A program made the translations under genes and the position numbers. This document shows positions 39,433 to 51,870 of a DNA stretch of 64,000 nucleotides, piece by piece. The notes under the pieces were generated by a model, which ran no database searches, was not told the DNA's origin, and was given only the letters and a program-made list of their open reading frames with translations. Source of the stretch: Octopus sinensis (lineage: Eukaryota). The stretch spans positions 49,166,001 to 49,230,000 of the forward strand of contig NC_043004.1 of assembly GCF_006345805.1 (NCBI RefSeq). Reading direction: 5' to 3'. Position 1 is the first letter of the stretch, and each line of letters opens with the position of its first letter.

Positions 39433-40482
39433 CTTTATATATATATAAAACTGAGAATGTGTGTCTGTCTGTCTGTCTGTGCGTTTCCCTAAAACTTGAG
39501 AACTACACAACCAATTTCATTCAAATTTTACACATGCCTTACTTAGGGTCCATGTAGTTTCATGGGCAAAAAATGTTCAACTTCTTGCCTAGAACGAGCC
39601 CATAGCAATATCATATTTTCTCCACTATTTCAGTATTACGTGTTAAAAGTGAAACAAAAACGTTTCTCTTATCTTATGTCAGATACTTTCACTTTAACAA
39701 TAAAAATAATAATAACAATTGAATTATATGTAGTAAGTAATAATTAAAATCAAACTAAAGTATAATATAATCGTAACATAACAAAAGTAAAAATAGCAAT
39801 TGGTATAAAATTGCATCAATGATTTGAACTTGAATAAGTGGTTTCACATGAATGGGAATAAATTAAAAATAAAATTAGCGTGCAGAAATGGAATAGTCTA
39901 GATGGATAATAAAAAATTAAATTAAAGAAAAGACTATTGCCTATAAAGTATACAACGTAGAGAAAAAAGATTTGAACACCTGGAGGAAAGCACCTTCGAA
40001 AAGTGTCTTGGTGCGACTATGAAAGGTATCTAATCAGAGGCGGTAAATTCGCCACAATAGAAGCAAGGTTCGAGTCAACGGAGCGTGCAAGGGAGTACTC
40101 GACTTGAACTTGCAAAGTGGAAATATTTTATTTTTACCTTTATATCTGGGACGTAGGACATGCCGGATAAAAATTTAAGATGCCCCCCCTCCCAGAAGTT
40201 GAGGTAGGCTGGATTGTAGCCACATTTCTATACAAGTGGACAAGATACTATACAAGTGGACAAGATACTATTGATCGAAATTACAAGAGACGGGCTAACA
40301 ATTCCAGTCTGTTATATATTTTGAGTATTGTTATCACTAGCGATATCAAGATATAACTTTGTATTTTGTATTTTATGTGTAGATGTATATATATATATGT
40401 ACATGTAATATGTACACATATATATACACATATATACATGCACAAGCACTATGACCCGGCAACGACGGGTCTTTAATGCTAG
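39432..40482 (+). mobile_element. Non-autonomous Helitron
   Basis: A|TC start followed by TATATA and (CTGT)n; subterminal hairpin ACCCGGCAACGACGGGT 40454-40470; CTAG|T end; no TSD. Confidence 0.8.
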
Positions 40483-40535
<53 letters not shown>

Positions 40536-40994
40536 CTGTGTGTGTGTGTCAGATGATCAAAGAGTTTGTAATTAGAGAAAACAGAAAGTGAAAGTATCCA
40601 AAAATAAACATTTTTTTCCATGTTAATTTTGGTTTTCTTTGAAAACTATAAAATTATTTTGTGTTTGTATTATTGTTTATTTTCTGTTTATATTATTGCT
40701 TATATTTAGAAGTATATACAGGGCCATCCAAATCTTTTAAAGTGCCTAGGGCCTCTATGGCTCTTAATCCGGCCCCTACATTCGGTCATCACATGAACGA
40801 AAAATAACCATGCTAACAATGCAGTGCTCATTTTGGGTTACAATTTACAGTAAATTTCTTCTTCACTCCGCATACCTTTCGCCATCGACATCCATGATGA
40901 AACATTACTTACTTCTCTTAGCCGTTTACCAATCATTGTTTTCTATTCTTTTTAACCCTTAATATTCAGATTACTTCGTTAAATGTAATGCTTA

Positions 40995-41506
40995 CAGTAA
41001 ATCCTCGAGTATAGTCCGCCCTTGAGTATAATACGCAGGGGATTTTTAGGGGACTGTACCTTTGAAAAACCCAAACCTTGTGTATAATACGCACCCCTTC
41101 ACTAACTTGAATCGAGGAGGTTTATATAACGTCCTTGGTTTGTAAAAATGTATACGGCATCGTCCTTTATTATTATTATATATATAACATAATGCAAACG
41201 TGTAGCTTTTTTGTGCATTTTGTTTGCAGAAAATAAAGAAATAACAGTAATAACGTTTAATAAATGTTGCATACTGCAAGTTATGAATGATTCTTTTATG
41301 ACTTCATTGCTTTCAGGCTTAGCTTAAAGTATTTTCGCGCCCGACATCACAAAATGCGTCTGAATAAACATTGCCGGACAGCAAATAGAGACTCGGACAT
41401 TGCTTAGAAAATATTTTTCATTTTTAACCTCGTATATAGTACACATTAGGGATTTTGACCTTTAAATTTTGGGGAAAAAATGCGGGTTATAATCGAGGAT
41501 TTACGG
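40995..41506. mobile_element. Tc1/pogo-type MITE
   Basis: TIR CAGTAAATCCTCGAGTATA / TATAATCGAGGATTTACGG flanked by TA on both sides. Confidence 0.8.
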
Positions 41507-41744
41507 TATTTATTCACATTGTATTGAATTAAGCAATCTTGTAACTTCAGGATTTCAATTATGTGATTGTTTATCTTTATACTAACATTGTAGGAAATGT
41601 GTGAGAGCCAGGATCTGGTCGGTCTGAACATAAAACAGGTAGAATATTTGGATCGAATATGGTCGGTAAGCCTACCAACATTTCACTTCTAGTAGAAATA
41701 CTGAACACTGTCATTTACGTGTACCATCTTTCCTTCTTCTTTTT

Positions 41745-42043
41745 GCCCTTTTCAAGCCTAGCCAGGCTCATGGGCCCGGTTTCCCGGTTTCTATGGCGTA
41801 TGTGTTCCCCCCAGCTGGACGGGACGCCAGTCCATCGCAGCGTTGCTCAAGAAACAGGAAGAAAGAGTGAGAGAAAGTTGGGGCGAAAGAATATAACAGG
41901 GGTCGTCACCACCCCTACCTGAGCCTTGTGAAGCTTTAGGTATTTTCGCTTAATAAATACACACAACGCCTGGTCTGGGAATCGAAACCGCGATCCTCCG
42001 ACCGCGAGTCCCCTGTCCTAACCACTGGGCCATTGCGCCTCCA
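41745..42043 (-). mobile_element. SINE with family-C head and tail X
   Basis: Head nearly identical to 10075-10373; tail shared with 31180-31422. Confidence 0.85.
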
Positions 42044-42501
42044 CCTACGTGTACCATACGATTTTTTTAAGTCCTTCATATTTTAGGCTCTTCCTTTCGT
42101 GTGCCCATTCCATATTGCTTCCTATGGAGCAATTAACGCAATAATTACTACTTTCTTTTCGTTTAGCAGGACCACGCCGTAAGACTGAGTCATTGCTTAG
42201 CTATGGTAATATGACTTGCGAAGAACTACTAAATTTGCCCTCTCTAAATTTGCCTACACCTATCGGTGCGGCTGGAGTTTGTACTACACGGGGGTGGAGA
42301 GTGTTTTTTAAATTTTCCCACCACCACCACCAACAACAACAACATTACTGCCACGAAAAACACATTACCATAATACTGAAGATCATTTTTTTTTCATTTT
42401 TTTTTTTTAGGTTTACGATTCTGCTTTGCTCTTTCTCGCTTATCTCGTTGAAAGTCACAGATTGCATCTTAGTGTCGATTCTCCTTGATGCTATGCTGCC
42501 G

Positions 42502-42532
<31 letters not shown>

Positions 42533-42968
42533 ATTACTGCTTTCACACGCTAAGAACAAGGTTCAGGACTTGGTTATGTCAGAAGCATTTTGCAAGGGGT
42601 GACTGCACGCAGTCAGAATATGCACCAACGTAATCTTCACACGTAATCTTCATACCGACAACTTTAAGATTGGTTGAGATCGGAAACACATCGTGAATGG
42701 ATTTCAGAAGGAACTTGCCACTTGGCTAGTCGGCTCGTAAACACTGGTTTCAAATTTTGGTACAAGCTCAGCAAATTCGGGGTAGGGAATAAGTCACTCA
42801 CATCGACCCCAGTCCTCAACTGGTAATCAATTTATCTAAAGAATGAAGGCAAAGAATGAAAGGCAAAGTCGACCCCGGCGTCATTTGAACTCAGTATCAA
42901 ATGCCGCGTAACATTTTGCCCGGCGTGCTTAACGATTCAGCAAGCTCGCTGTCTTTAGTCTCGTAAAT

Positions 42969-43366
42969 ATTCTTTTCAACTCTAGGCACAAGGCCCGAAA
43001 TTTGGGGGGAAGAAGCCAATCGATTAGATCGAACCCAGTACGCAACTGGTACTTAATTTATCGACCCTGAAAGGAGAAAAGGCAAAGTCGACCTCGGCGG
43101 AATTTGAACTCAGAACGTAACGGCAGATGAAATACCTATTTCTTTACTACCCGCAAGGGGCTAAACACAGAGGGGACAAACAAGGACAGACGAACGGATT
43201 AAGTCGATCACATCGACCCAGTGCATAACTGGTACTTAATTTATTGACCCCGAAAGGATGAAAGGCAAAGTCGACCTCGTCGGAATTTGAACTCAGAACG
43301 TAGCGGCAGACGAAATACCGCTAAGCATTTCGACCGACGTGCTTAACGTTTCTGCCTGCTCGCCGC
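42969..43366 (-). mobile_element. SINE family A dimer
   Basis: Same internal junction at ~43129. Confidence 0.85.
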
Positions 43367-43694
43367 TCGTAAATATTAACGTATGATTGATCTTTGTTTG
43401 TAAAAAAAGAAAAACTGAAAATAAAAATAAAAAAAGAATTGGAAGGATCAGAAATGCGTCGTCTTACTCATCAAATCTCGCGTCATATGTCCTAATTGGC
43501 GATGTTAGGTCTAAAGAATTATTATAATGCATGGTTTAAGTGATATATCAAGAATCCCCTTTGCGACATCACACAGTCAGATTAACTTATAAAACGCGCA
43601 AGCAAATATTCACAATTAACTAATGTTTCATGAAAAATGTAAATATTCCTGATATTCCTTAAGCAGCGACGATCTGCGCGACAAATTTTTTTAG

Positions 43695-43744
<50 letters not shown>

Positions 43745-43748
<4 letters not shown>

Positions 43749-44113
43749 GGCAGTTTGTCTGTGCGTGTTTCTGTGTGTCTGTTTGCTTGTACCCTCACCC
43801 TGACCACGGCTTTCAACCGATTCTGATGAAACTTGACACACACATAGCCCAATGTCATAATTCAAAACTAACGCAGCGAACATTTTGAAAAGTTCCCCCA
43901 GTTCTGAAAAAAATCGATAAATTCGACATGGGGTCGAGAATCAGAAACACAAACCGCAAACTGTCTAGGGGACGCAACTCCACCTTTTTTAACTAAAAAA
44001 AAATTTACCATCATTTTTTTCCATTTTTTTGCTATTTTTTGGCTATAACTCTCTAAAAATGCTTTATAGTTATTTCCCTTACAAACCTGAGCAACGCCGG
44101 GCGATACTGCTAG
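43745..44113 (+). mobile_element. Short non-autonomous Helitron
   Basis: Starts in a (TA)n tract, TGTC-rich 5' end, hairpin CCTGAGCAACGCCGGG, CTAG|T end. Confidence 0.8.
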
Positions 44114-45250
44114 TATATATATGTGTGTGTGTGTGTGTCTGTGTGTGTGTCTGTGTGTCTGTGTGTCTGTCAGGTTGTACCCTCACCCTGACCACGGCTT
44201 TCAACCCATTCTGATGAAACTTGACACACACATAGCCCAATGTCATAATTCAAAACTAACGCACCGAAAAGTTTGGAAAGTTCCCACAGTTCTGAAAAAA
44301 ATTGATAAATTCGACATGGGATCGAGAATCTGTTGTAGTTTTCGCAACTTGCAATCGATTTTTCACCAAACTCATGGTGAAGCTTAATGTTACCCTAAGA
44401 AACTTAATTCTGACGTTAGTTTTCCATGCAATACCTTACCATCAGAAAAAATCGATAAAATTATGCCATTTTGGGAATCGCGTTCAAATTCAAGATGACA
44501 TATTATCTACAATATCTTTCACAAATTGGCAGGAATTTTTTTTTTAAATTCACAACGAGCATCATGTCTGCCCCAAGGAGCTATATGGCCCTTTTTATTC
44601 CAATAGGATACTTTATTACTGGAAAAAATCGGTTAATTAAATCATATGTGGCACACATAGCAAACCGATTTGTGTATTAAACACAAAGAACAGACTGTCT
44701 AGGGGACGCAACTCGACCTTTTTAACTCTTGCAACACGTGGGGTAATTATCCCAAAATGTATAAAAATGTACAAAAACGGCAAAAAAGCGGGCAGCAATG
44801 TGAGTGACAAGAACGAAAAAGTGAAAAGTGACCAAACTGAATGGAAAAGGTTTTTTGGTGCACACGACAAAAGCGGTTTATACTAAACCAAGAGTTTGCA
44901 AGTAGCGTCCGAGGACCCTTAGGGTACGTCAAAAATTTAAGTTAAAACGTTTGGGGTGGTAGTTATAAAGAAAGTTTAAACAAAAAAAAGTATTCGAATA
45001 ACTTGCGGCTGCAGCAGCTATTAGCAGAAGTGGCGGTGATGGGGGTAAAGTCTCGAATGTAATTTCTTCCTGGTAGGAATTGGTTGGGTTGCATTATCGA
45101 TAGCTGTTTGATAGTTATTTGGGAGTGAAGAGAAGACATTGCAACCTACACATGCGCCTTCGTTCCCGAGAGGGAAAGGACTAGATTGAGATTAGTCGTT
45201 GCCTACTAGGGGCTCTTACATACCCGGGCAACGCCGGGCTATACTGCTAG
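44114..45250 (+). mobile_element. Longer Helitron of the same family, in tandem
   Basis: Shares 5' ~200 bp and internal CTGTCTAGGGGACGCAACTC with 43745-44113; hairpin CCCGGGCAACGCCGGG and CTAG|T at 45247-45250. Confidence 0.8.
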
Positions 45251-45741
45251 TATATATATAAACAAAAAGTGACATTTTGCATGTAATAGAGAAGACAGAA
45301 CAACAATTTTATCAAACTGGATATGATGACATAATTGACAAAGACAGGACAGTTTTCCAACAAAAATAATAAATAAACAATTTTAGTATAACAGGATATG
45401 GTAAAGTAACCGATATGTAAAGACAGGAGGACAACCAGTGAATCAGCCAATGAACGGGATAAATCTACTGTTATAGCAAAACAATACTAGCATGAACTCG
45501 ATAAGTAACGACAGGACAACTATTAAATTAGCTAGCGAAAAGGGATAACATGTCATTCATGAATAAGAAAATTGACTTGAACTATAACTATTTGGATATA
45601 ATACTGAAGCCGATCAATTAAAGTAGAACATCCAACGAATAGGTAAGTGAAACGACAGCTATCATTAATGACTCCTTAATAAAAACATCTAAAATGCAGC
45701 CCCCCAAAATAGCCATACACAAAAGAATGAACCCTTTTTCC

Positions 45742-45813
<72 letters not shown>

Positions 45814-45862
45814 GGTGTACTTGCATGCACGAAGGCGTATGTGCATGTTGATTATCCAATTG

Positions 45863-46127
45863 GGATCTTTTCGTTTTGATGGACGGAATTTTCTAGTTAA
45901 CTAAAAAATTTGAAACTTCGTATACTGGTAGAATGTGTCAAAAGAAAACATTATTGTAAACAAAATTGATAACAAAATTGTAATTCGTAACTTTAACATA
46001 GTTTAATTCTTCGAATTTTAACCAATGAAATCGCAGCATCTTCGAATTTTAACCAATGAAATCCGAGCATTTGAGCTCAAATCATTTTCTGCGTAATCGA
46101 TATTGATAAACAATCATAGCAGACGCT

Positions 46128-46214
<87 letters not shown>

Positions 46215-46984
46215 CTCTCTGTCTCTCTCTCTCAAACACATGCATTTACATTTGCACAAGCACATAGTAATTAATATATAAGCGTACACACACATACAAA
46301 CGGAGATATACATACACACATACGCACACAAGCATACATACACGTTCGTGTTTTGCCCCTTGCCGCAACAAATTTGCACAAAAGGTAAATAAACCAGAAG
46401 GGGTGGGGGTCAATGTTTCATCGTTTCGGGGTCGATAAATTAAGTACCAATTACGCACTGGTGTCGAGGATTTTTTTCCAAATTTATATCACAGCTTCTG
46501 ACAAGCTGGGGCATCCTTTTATGAAAAAATATTTCGCAAATTATTACTTCTGGCCCTTCAAAACCATGGGAGAAGCCTTTTCAGTAAAAAAAAATAGAGA
46601 AAATATTCAAAAAATGTCGTTAATATTTTTATTGGGCGACGAAATTCATCGATTTAAGAGATATAGCTGTTATTTCTAGCACATGTAGAAGACAGAAGAC
46701 AGAAGAGAGAAAGGATGAATAAGACGTGTGTGTGTGTGAGTTTTTAGACGCAGCAGATGGTTTGAGCTCGAATGCTAGGATTTCATTGGTTAAAATTCGA
46801 AGAATTAAACTACGTTAAAGTTACGAATTACAATTTTGTTTTCAATTTTGTTTGCAATTTTGTTTGCAATTTTGTTTTCAATTTTGTTTACAATAATGTT
46901 TTCTTTTGACACATTCTACCAGTATACGAAGTTTCAAATTTTTTTGTTAACTAGAAAATTCCGTCCATCAAAAAGAAAAGATCC
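45863..46984. mobile_element. Long-TIR (fold-back) non-autonomous DNA transposon related to the Merlin-like MITE
   Basis: ~230-bp inverted arms (45863-~46093, ~46748-46984) starting GGATCTTTTC; imperfect 8-bp TSD TCCAATTG/GCCATTTG. Confidence 0.85.
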
Positions 46985-47444
46985 GCCATTTGAACTCTGT
47001 ACTGAGATACTTAGAAGTTCAAATCCTTCAAGATTTTGTTATGCAACTGAACAGAACAGTATATTTTTGTATCACCTTAGTTCTCTAAGCTGATAGTAAT
47101 TTGGTAATTGGTACCAGCTCATCTGGGAATGTTATCTACAAGTGATTGCAATATTATTTTTTGCTTCATGCATCAGTAAATATGGCATTAGTGTCGGTCT
47201 GACCGTTTGTGTGCCTATGTGTATATATGGTGTGTGTCTGAGTGTGATATATCTAAATGTGCATATGCTTAAATCTACACACTCACAAACACATACACAC
47301 AATGTATTAAAGTATATGTTTGTGTGCGTGTGTATGTATGTATGCATGCATATATATGTGTGTGTGTGTGTCGCTCTTTATCATATATATTTATTATATA
47401 GAGATGTAGATAAGTATGTAAGTATATAATATATATACATACAT

Positions 47445-47480
<36 letters not shown>

Positions 47481-47498
47481 TATATATAGATATATATA

Positions 47499-47534
<36 letters not shown>

Positions 47535-47592
47535 TGTGTGTGTGTGTGTGTATGTATATCTATACGTATAAGTATGTATATACATACATACA

Positions 47593-47626
<34 letters not shown>

Positions 47627-50093
47627 CATGTATGCATACATATATACATACATACATATATACATATATACATATGTACATGCATACATATATTCATACA
47701 TACATACATATATACATATGTACATACATACATATATTCATACATACATACATACATACATACATACATACATACTACATACATACATACATACATACAT
47801 GCAAATATATACGTATATAAACAAGTATATCTTAACTTACGTCGCTACTGATTGTAAGACATGCGACTTAATTCGAAAAGCGACGTAACACGAATAAACA
47901 TTAAAAAATTTATCACGTATTTTATTTGATTTTTCACATCAGTATTGTTTGAGGGAGTAAAGGAGTTGTTGTTGTTTTAATTTTATGCTTTTAAATATAT
48001 TCACTGAAACCGACGTAAAGTCGAATAATTCGTCTGAAGTTGAGGCTCACTTTTTTTTATCTGTTTCTCTAAAAAGAAAAGACGTAACTCGAAATGACGT
48101 AGGCTGAGGTGTACATGTGTGTGAGTGTGTGTGTGTGTTTGTGTCTGTGTGTGCGGCTGCATGCGTGTATACGTGTGTATAATGTGTGTATATCTGAAAC
48201 TAGCGATATCTCTACATGAGTGATCGCTATTTGTGGGATGTGTAAGATACGTTTTGATATGTGTGTGTGTGTGTGTGTATACGCACACATATACCTGCTC
48301 GTGCATATAAATCCACCTCCTCTTCCTCTCTCCCCCTTTCTCTCCCCCCACCCCGCTTCTTCCTTGTTCCAGTCGTTTCATTGCCCTCCCCCGCCTTTAC
48401 TCCATTTCTTCCTTAGTTTCCTTATCCACCCCCTCCTCCGTCTTCTCCACTATGCTCTACTATTGACACACACATTTTGACGAAAAGAGACGTTTGCTAA
48501 ATAAAACACTGCCGCGGATAGCAAAGAGCTCTGACCCGCTTGAATAAGAAATAATTAATTCTCGGCTAAAAAAAAAAAATGGGAGAATCTGTAATAAAGC
48601 AGTTTACCGCCTGATTGCTGCAGAAGGTTAAGTTTCAAATCCAATCCTAATCGCAATCTTCTCCACCCACCATCACGATGCATCTACAAGAATTTTAACA
48701 TTAAGGGACGAGGCGAGGGAGAATTGCTTATAAAAGCTGATTAAACGTCCTTCCTGGAAATGTTGACAAGTTTCATTTAATAAAAGGTGATTCATCAAAC
48801 TACTGGAAGTTTCGGTAAATTAAGCTGCGTTCCGCCATATTGAATGTCTCTCGTTTGCACTGTTTCGCCGTTTATATTCTTCGGTTGTTAGCGGTCGACG
48901 ATATCCGTAAATAAAGAACTGTTAATAATTTCATATACTTTCATAAACAACTGAAGATTATATTTTAACAATGCACTCCGCCTCTAACGGCTCCTCCAAA
49001 ATAAGATGTGCTTCACCTAAAACCAGATCCATCTTCCTTCCGTGTGTCGCTGCAATCTTTTTTGCCGATTTTTATCTCTTGCATGGAAGAATCTATATGA
49101 TAAAATCTTTATTATGGGCACGAAGGCCCGAATTAAGAGGGGACATTACAACAGACATGGGGTATATATAACAACAAAAAAATCGAAAAATATGAAATGA
49201 AAATGAATTATTTATAATGAATTAAATGGAATGGCTTGCGAGCCCCCTAAAACTCGCAGTTTCATTTAAAATAGTTCTGCTATACTGGTTGTTCATCTGT
49301 CATATATTCTATTAAGCTCTCCTGATCCACAATAGATGGAAGAATCTATATGATGTCGCCTTACGACTGCGTGACTAAACCATCGATGTGTCGACCAATG
49401 ATATCCAGTATTGCCCGTTGACATCCTCTCTTGTTATAAATATCCATGTAGGCTATACAAGCTGTTTTCTATATCCGTAACTGTTTTTTAAATATAAATT
49501 ATCGTTACAAAGAAATGAATTCATTACAACAAACAGATCGTTTCAACGTGATATGGTCTTGGACTTTCCGTGACAGCCTTCTTTCTACAATTTTCGTTTG
49601 CTGATGAAGAAATGAATGAATAAAATATCTGAAGTCAATTTGGACAGCAACAATTTAGTAAGAACCGGACAAATTTTGTCCAGTACCTTTCTTTTTTTTT
49701 TTATTTTTTGCACTACACACCCAAAAACAACAGAAGATGCCTTTTCGGTACAAAAAACACTCAGTAGCGATTTTGGGCTTTTAATTCTTTTTTCTTTTTT
49801 TTTTTCGCACTACGGACTTAAAAACGATAGGATGGAACCTTGAAGATAAAAAAAAAAATTTGGAAGTCGGCGATCACCATTGCAGTCTTCATTTCTTTTA
49901 CTTTCAAACAGAATGGAGCGTAATTTAAAGACAATAATGAATTTTAAAATTATTTTCATTAACCACGCCCCAGCCTCATAAATCCTAAAATTCGTCTTTC
50001 TGACGAAATCTTTTTTAATCATGGTTTTAAAATACAGACAGTCCGAATCTGTTTCTGTTTATAATCTCAAAATAATTTTCAGACTAATATATA

Positions 50094-50344
50094 TATTTAT
50101 ATTATATAGAGGGGACTATTACACCTAGATGCCTCACGCCAGGAGGGACTCTTAAAGTCAAAACTGCTAAAATAAATAAACACATCGTACCGAAACAATT
50201 CTCGAAGCAGGTCATTTAAAAACAGAACTGCTTCGAGAATTGTTTCGGTACGACGTGTTTATTTATTTTAGCAGTTTTGACTTTAAGAGCTCCTCCTGGC
50301 GTGAGGCATTTAGGTGTAATAGTGCCCTCTATATAATATAAATA
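50094..50344. repeat. Long palindrome (~117-bp arms, 17-nt spacer)
   Basis: 50094-50210 is the reverse complement of 50228-50344 with about 5 mismatches. Confidence 0.92.
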
Positions 50345-50459
50345 AATAAATTTAGAAGAAAAAAATTGATGCTTTTTTTCTCTTATGAGGTTTTTCACGC
50401 TAACTACTTAATAAGTTCTTATGAAGATTTTATCCTATTTTTAAAATTATATATATATA

Positions 50460-50487
<28 letters not shown>

Positions 50488-50494
<7 letters not shown>

Positions 50495-50652
50495 CATGTA
50501 TATATACATGTAGATGTCGGTACGTACATATATGTTTGTATGTATGCATATATTTTATTTATTACACTATTGTCTGACAGCGCTTCGCGTCGGGTTCGTT
50601 CGAATTTTCGAATTTTCGTTTCGTTCCGTCTCTTATCCTCCCAGTATTGTTT

Positions 50653-50715
<63 letters not shown>

Positions 50716-50989
50716 AAGTAAGATAGGGGTTATGGGTGAATCCACTAGGCTGAAACAGCTGTAAGAAGTAGTTTAAGGATTTCAATAATATATAATATGA
50801 CTTTTAAAATCTGTATTTGTATTATTATCTTATCTCTTGATTTATATATTTTTGCATGCTTTTGATGTTCTCATTTGTAAAATGAATAAATAATTTAACA
50901 TTATAATATCCGTAAGTTGATGAACAAACTAAATTTGTTTCTCCATTTTCTTATATATATATAACGAACCCGACGCGAAGCGCTGTCAG

Positions 50990-51042
<53 letters not shown>

Positions 51043-51208
51043 AAACAATACTGGGAGGATAAGAGACGGAACGAAACGAAAATTCGAAAATTCGAACGAA
51101 CCCGACGCGAAGCGCTGTCAGACAATAGTGTAATAAATAAAATATATGCATACATACAAACATATATGTACGTACCGACATCTACATGTATATATACATG
51201 CATATATA
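50488..51208. repeat. Inverted duplication, ~170-bp apparently identical arms bounded by (TA)n
   Basis: ~50490-50658 vs ~51038-51208; extra partial copy at 50963-50994. Confidence 0.92.
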
Positions 51209-51385
51209 AATATATATACGTACAGGACACCACAAAAAGACATAAAACTCAACAGAAACGAAAACGGAAAAGCCATTTTGTTACAACAGAAAGACAGAGA
51301 CGTGGAACAGGACGAGAACGAAAACGGGAAAAACATTATTTACAACATATATATATATATATATATAAAAGCAATGTTTATAGCA

Positions 51386-51870
51386 ATTTAAACATAGCTG
51401 TACCGTAGGAGCTGACGTTACTGCTATTTCTAACCCCATGAGGACGCCTCTTGCAGCTGGTTATTCTATGCAATCTGCACCTGATATATATGACAAGCAG
51501 GGGAGTGAACCCCTACCATCTTCCAGCCACAAAACAACCAGACCGTACGGTTTCGGCTCCTTTGTGGTCTTAACTAGCTAATTTGCTTGTTGCAAGATCA
51601 GTGACTGTCGTTCTTTTTTTCTATCTATTGCGAGTTGGAATGAACTACTGCTATCTCTAGCAGACGAGTATCCACCACCAAGAATGACTACAAAGAGGTC
51701 GAAACTGTACGGTCTGATGGTCTCGTGGCTGGAAGATGGTAGGGGTTTCACTTCCCAGCTTGCAATATATATCGGGTGCAGATTGCATCGAATAACTTGC
51801 TGGAGGAGGCGTCCCCCTGGGGTTAAAAATAGCAGTAACAGCAGTTCTTACGGAACAGCCACGTTTAAGT
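51386..51870. repeat. Diverged inverted repeat, ~185-bp arms
   Basis: ~51386-51570 vs ~51686-51870 align as reverse complements with many substitutions. Confidence 0.85.

Noticed and set aside
42193-42633. 146-aa ORF as a host exon
   Set aside because: Low complexity (CAC/CAA/CTG runs, poly-T), no recognisable domain or convincing splice pair.
43823-43833. CTGATGAAACT as a hammerhead core
   Set aside because: No stem II between the boxes; it is part of the Helitron 5' region.
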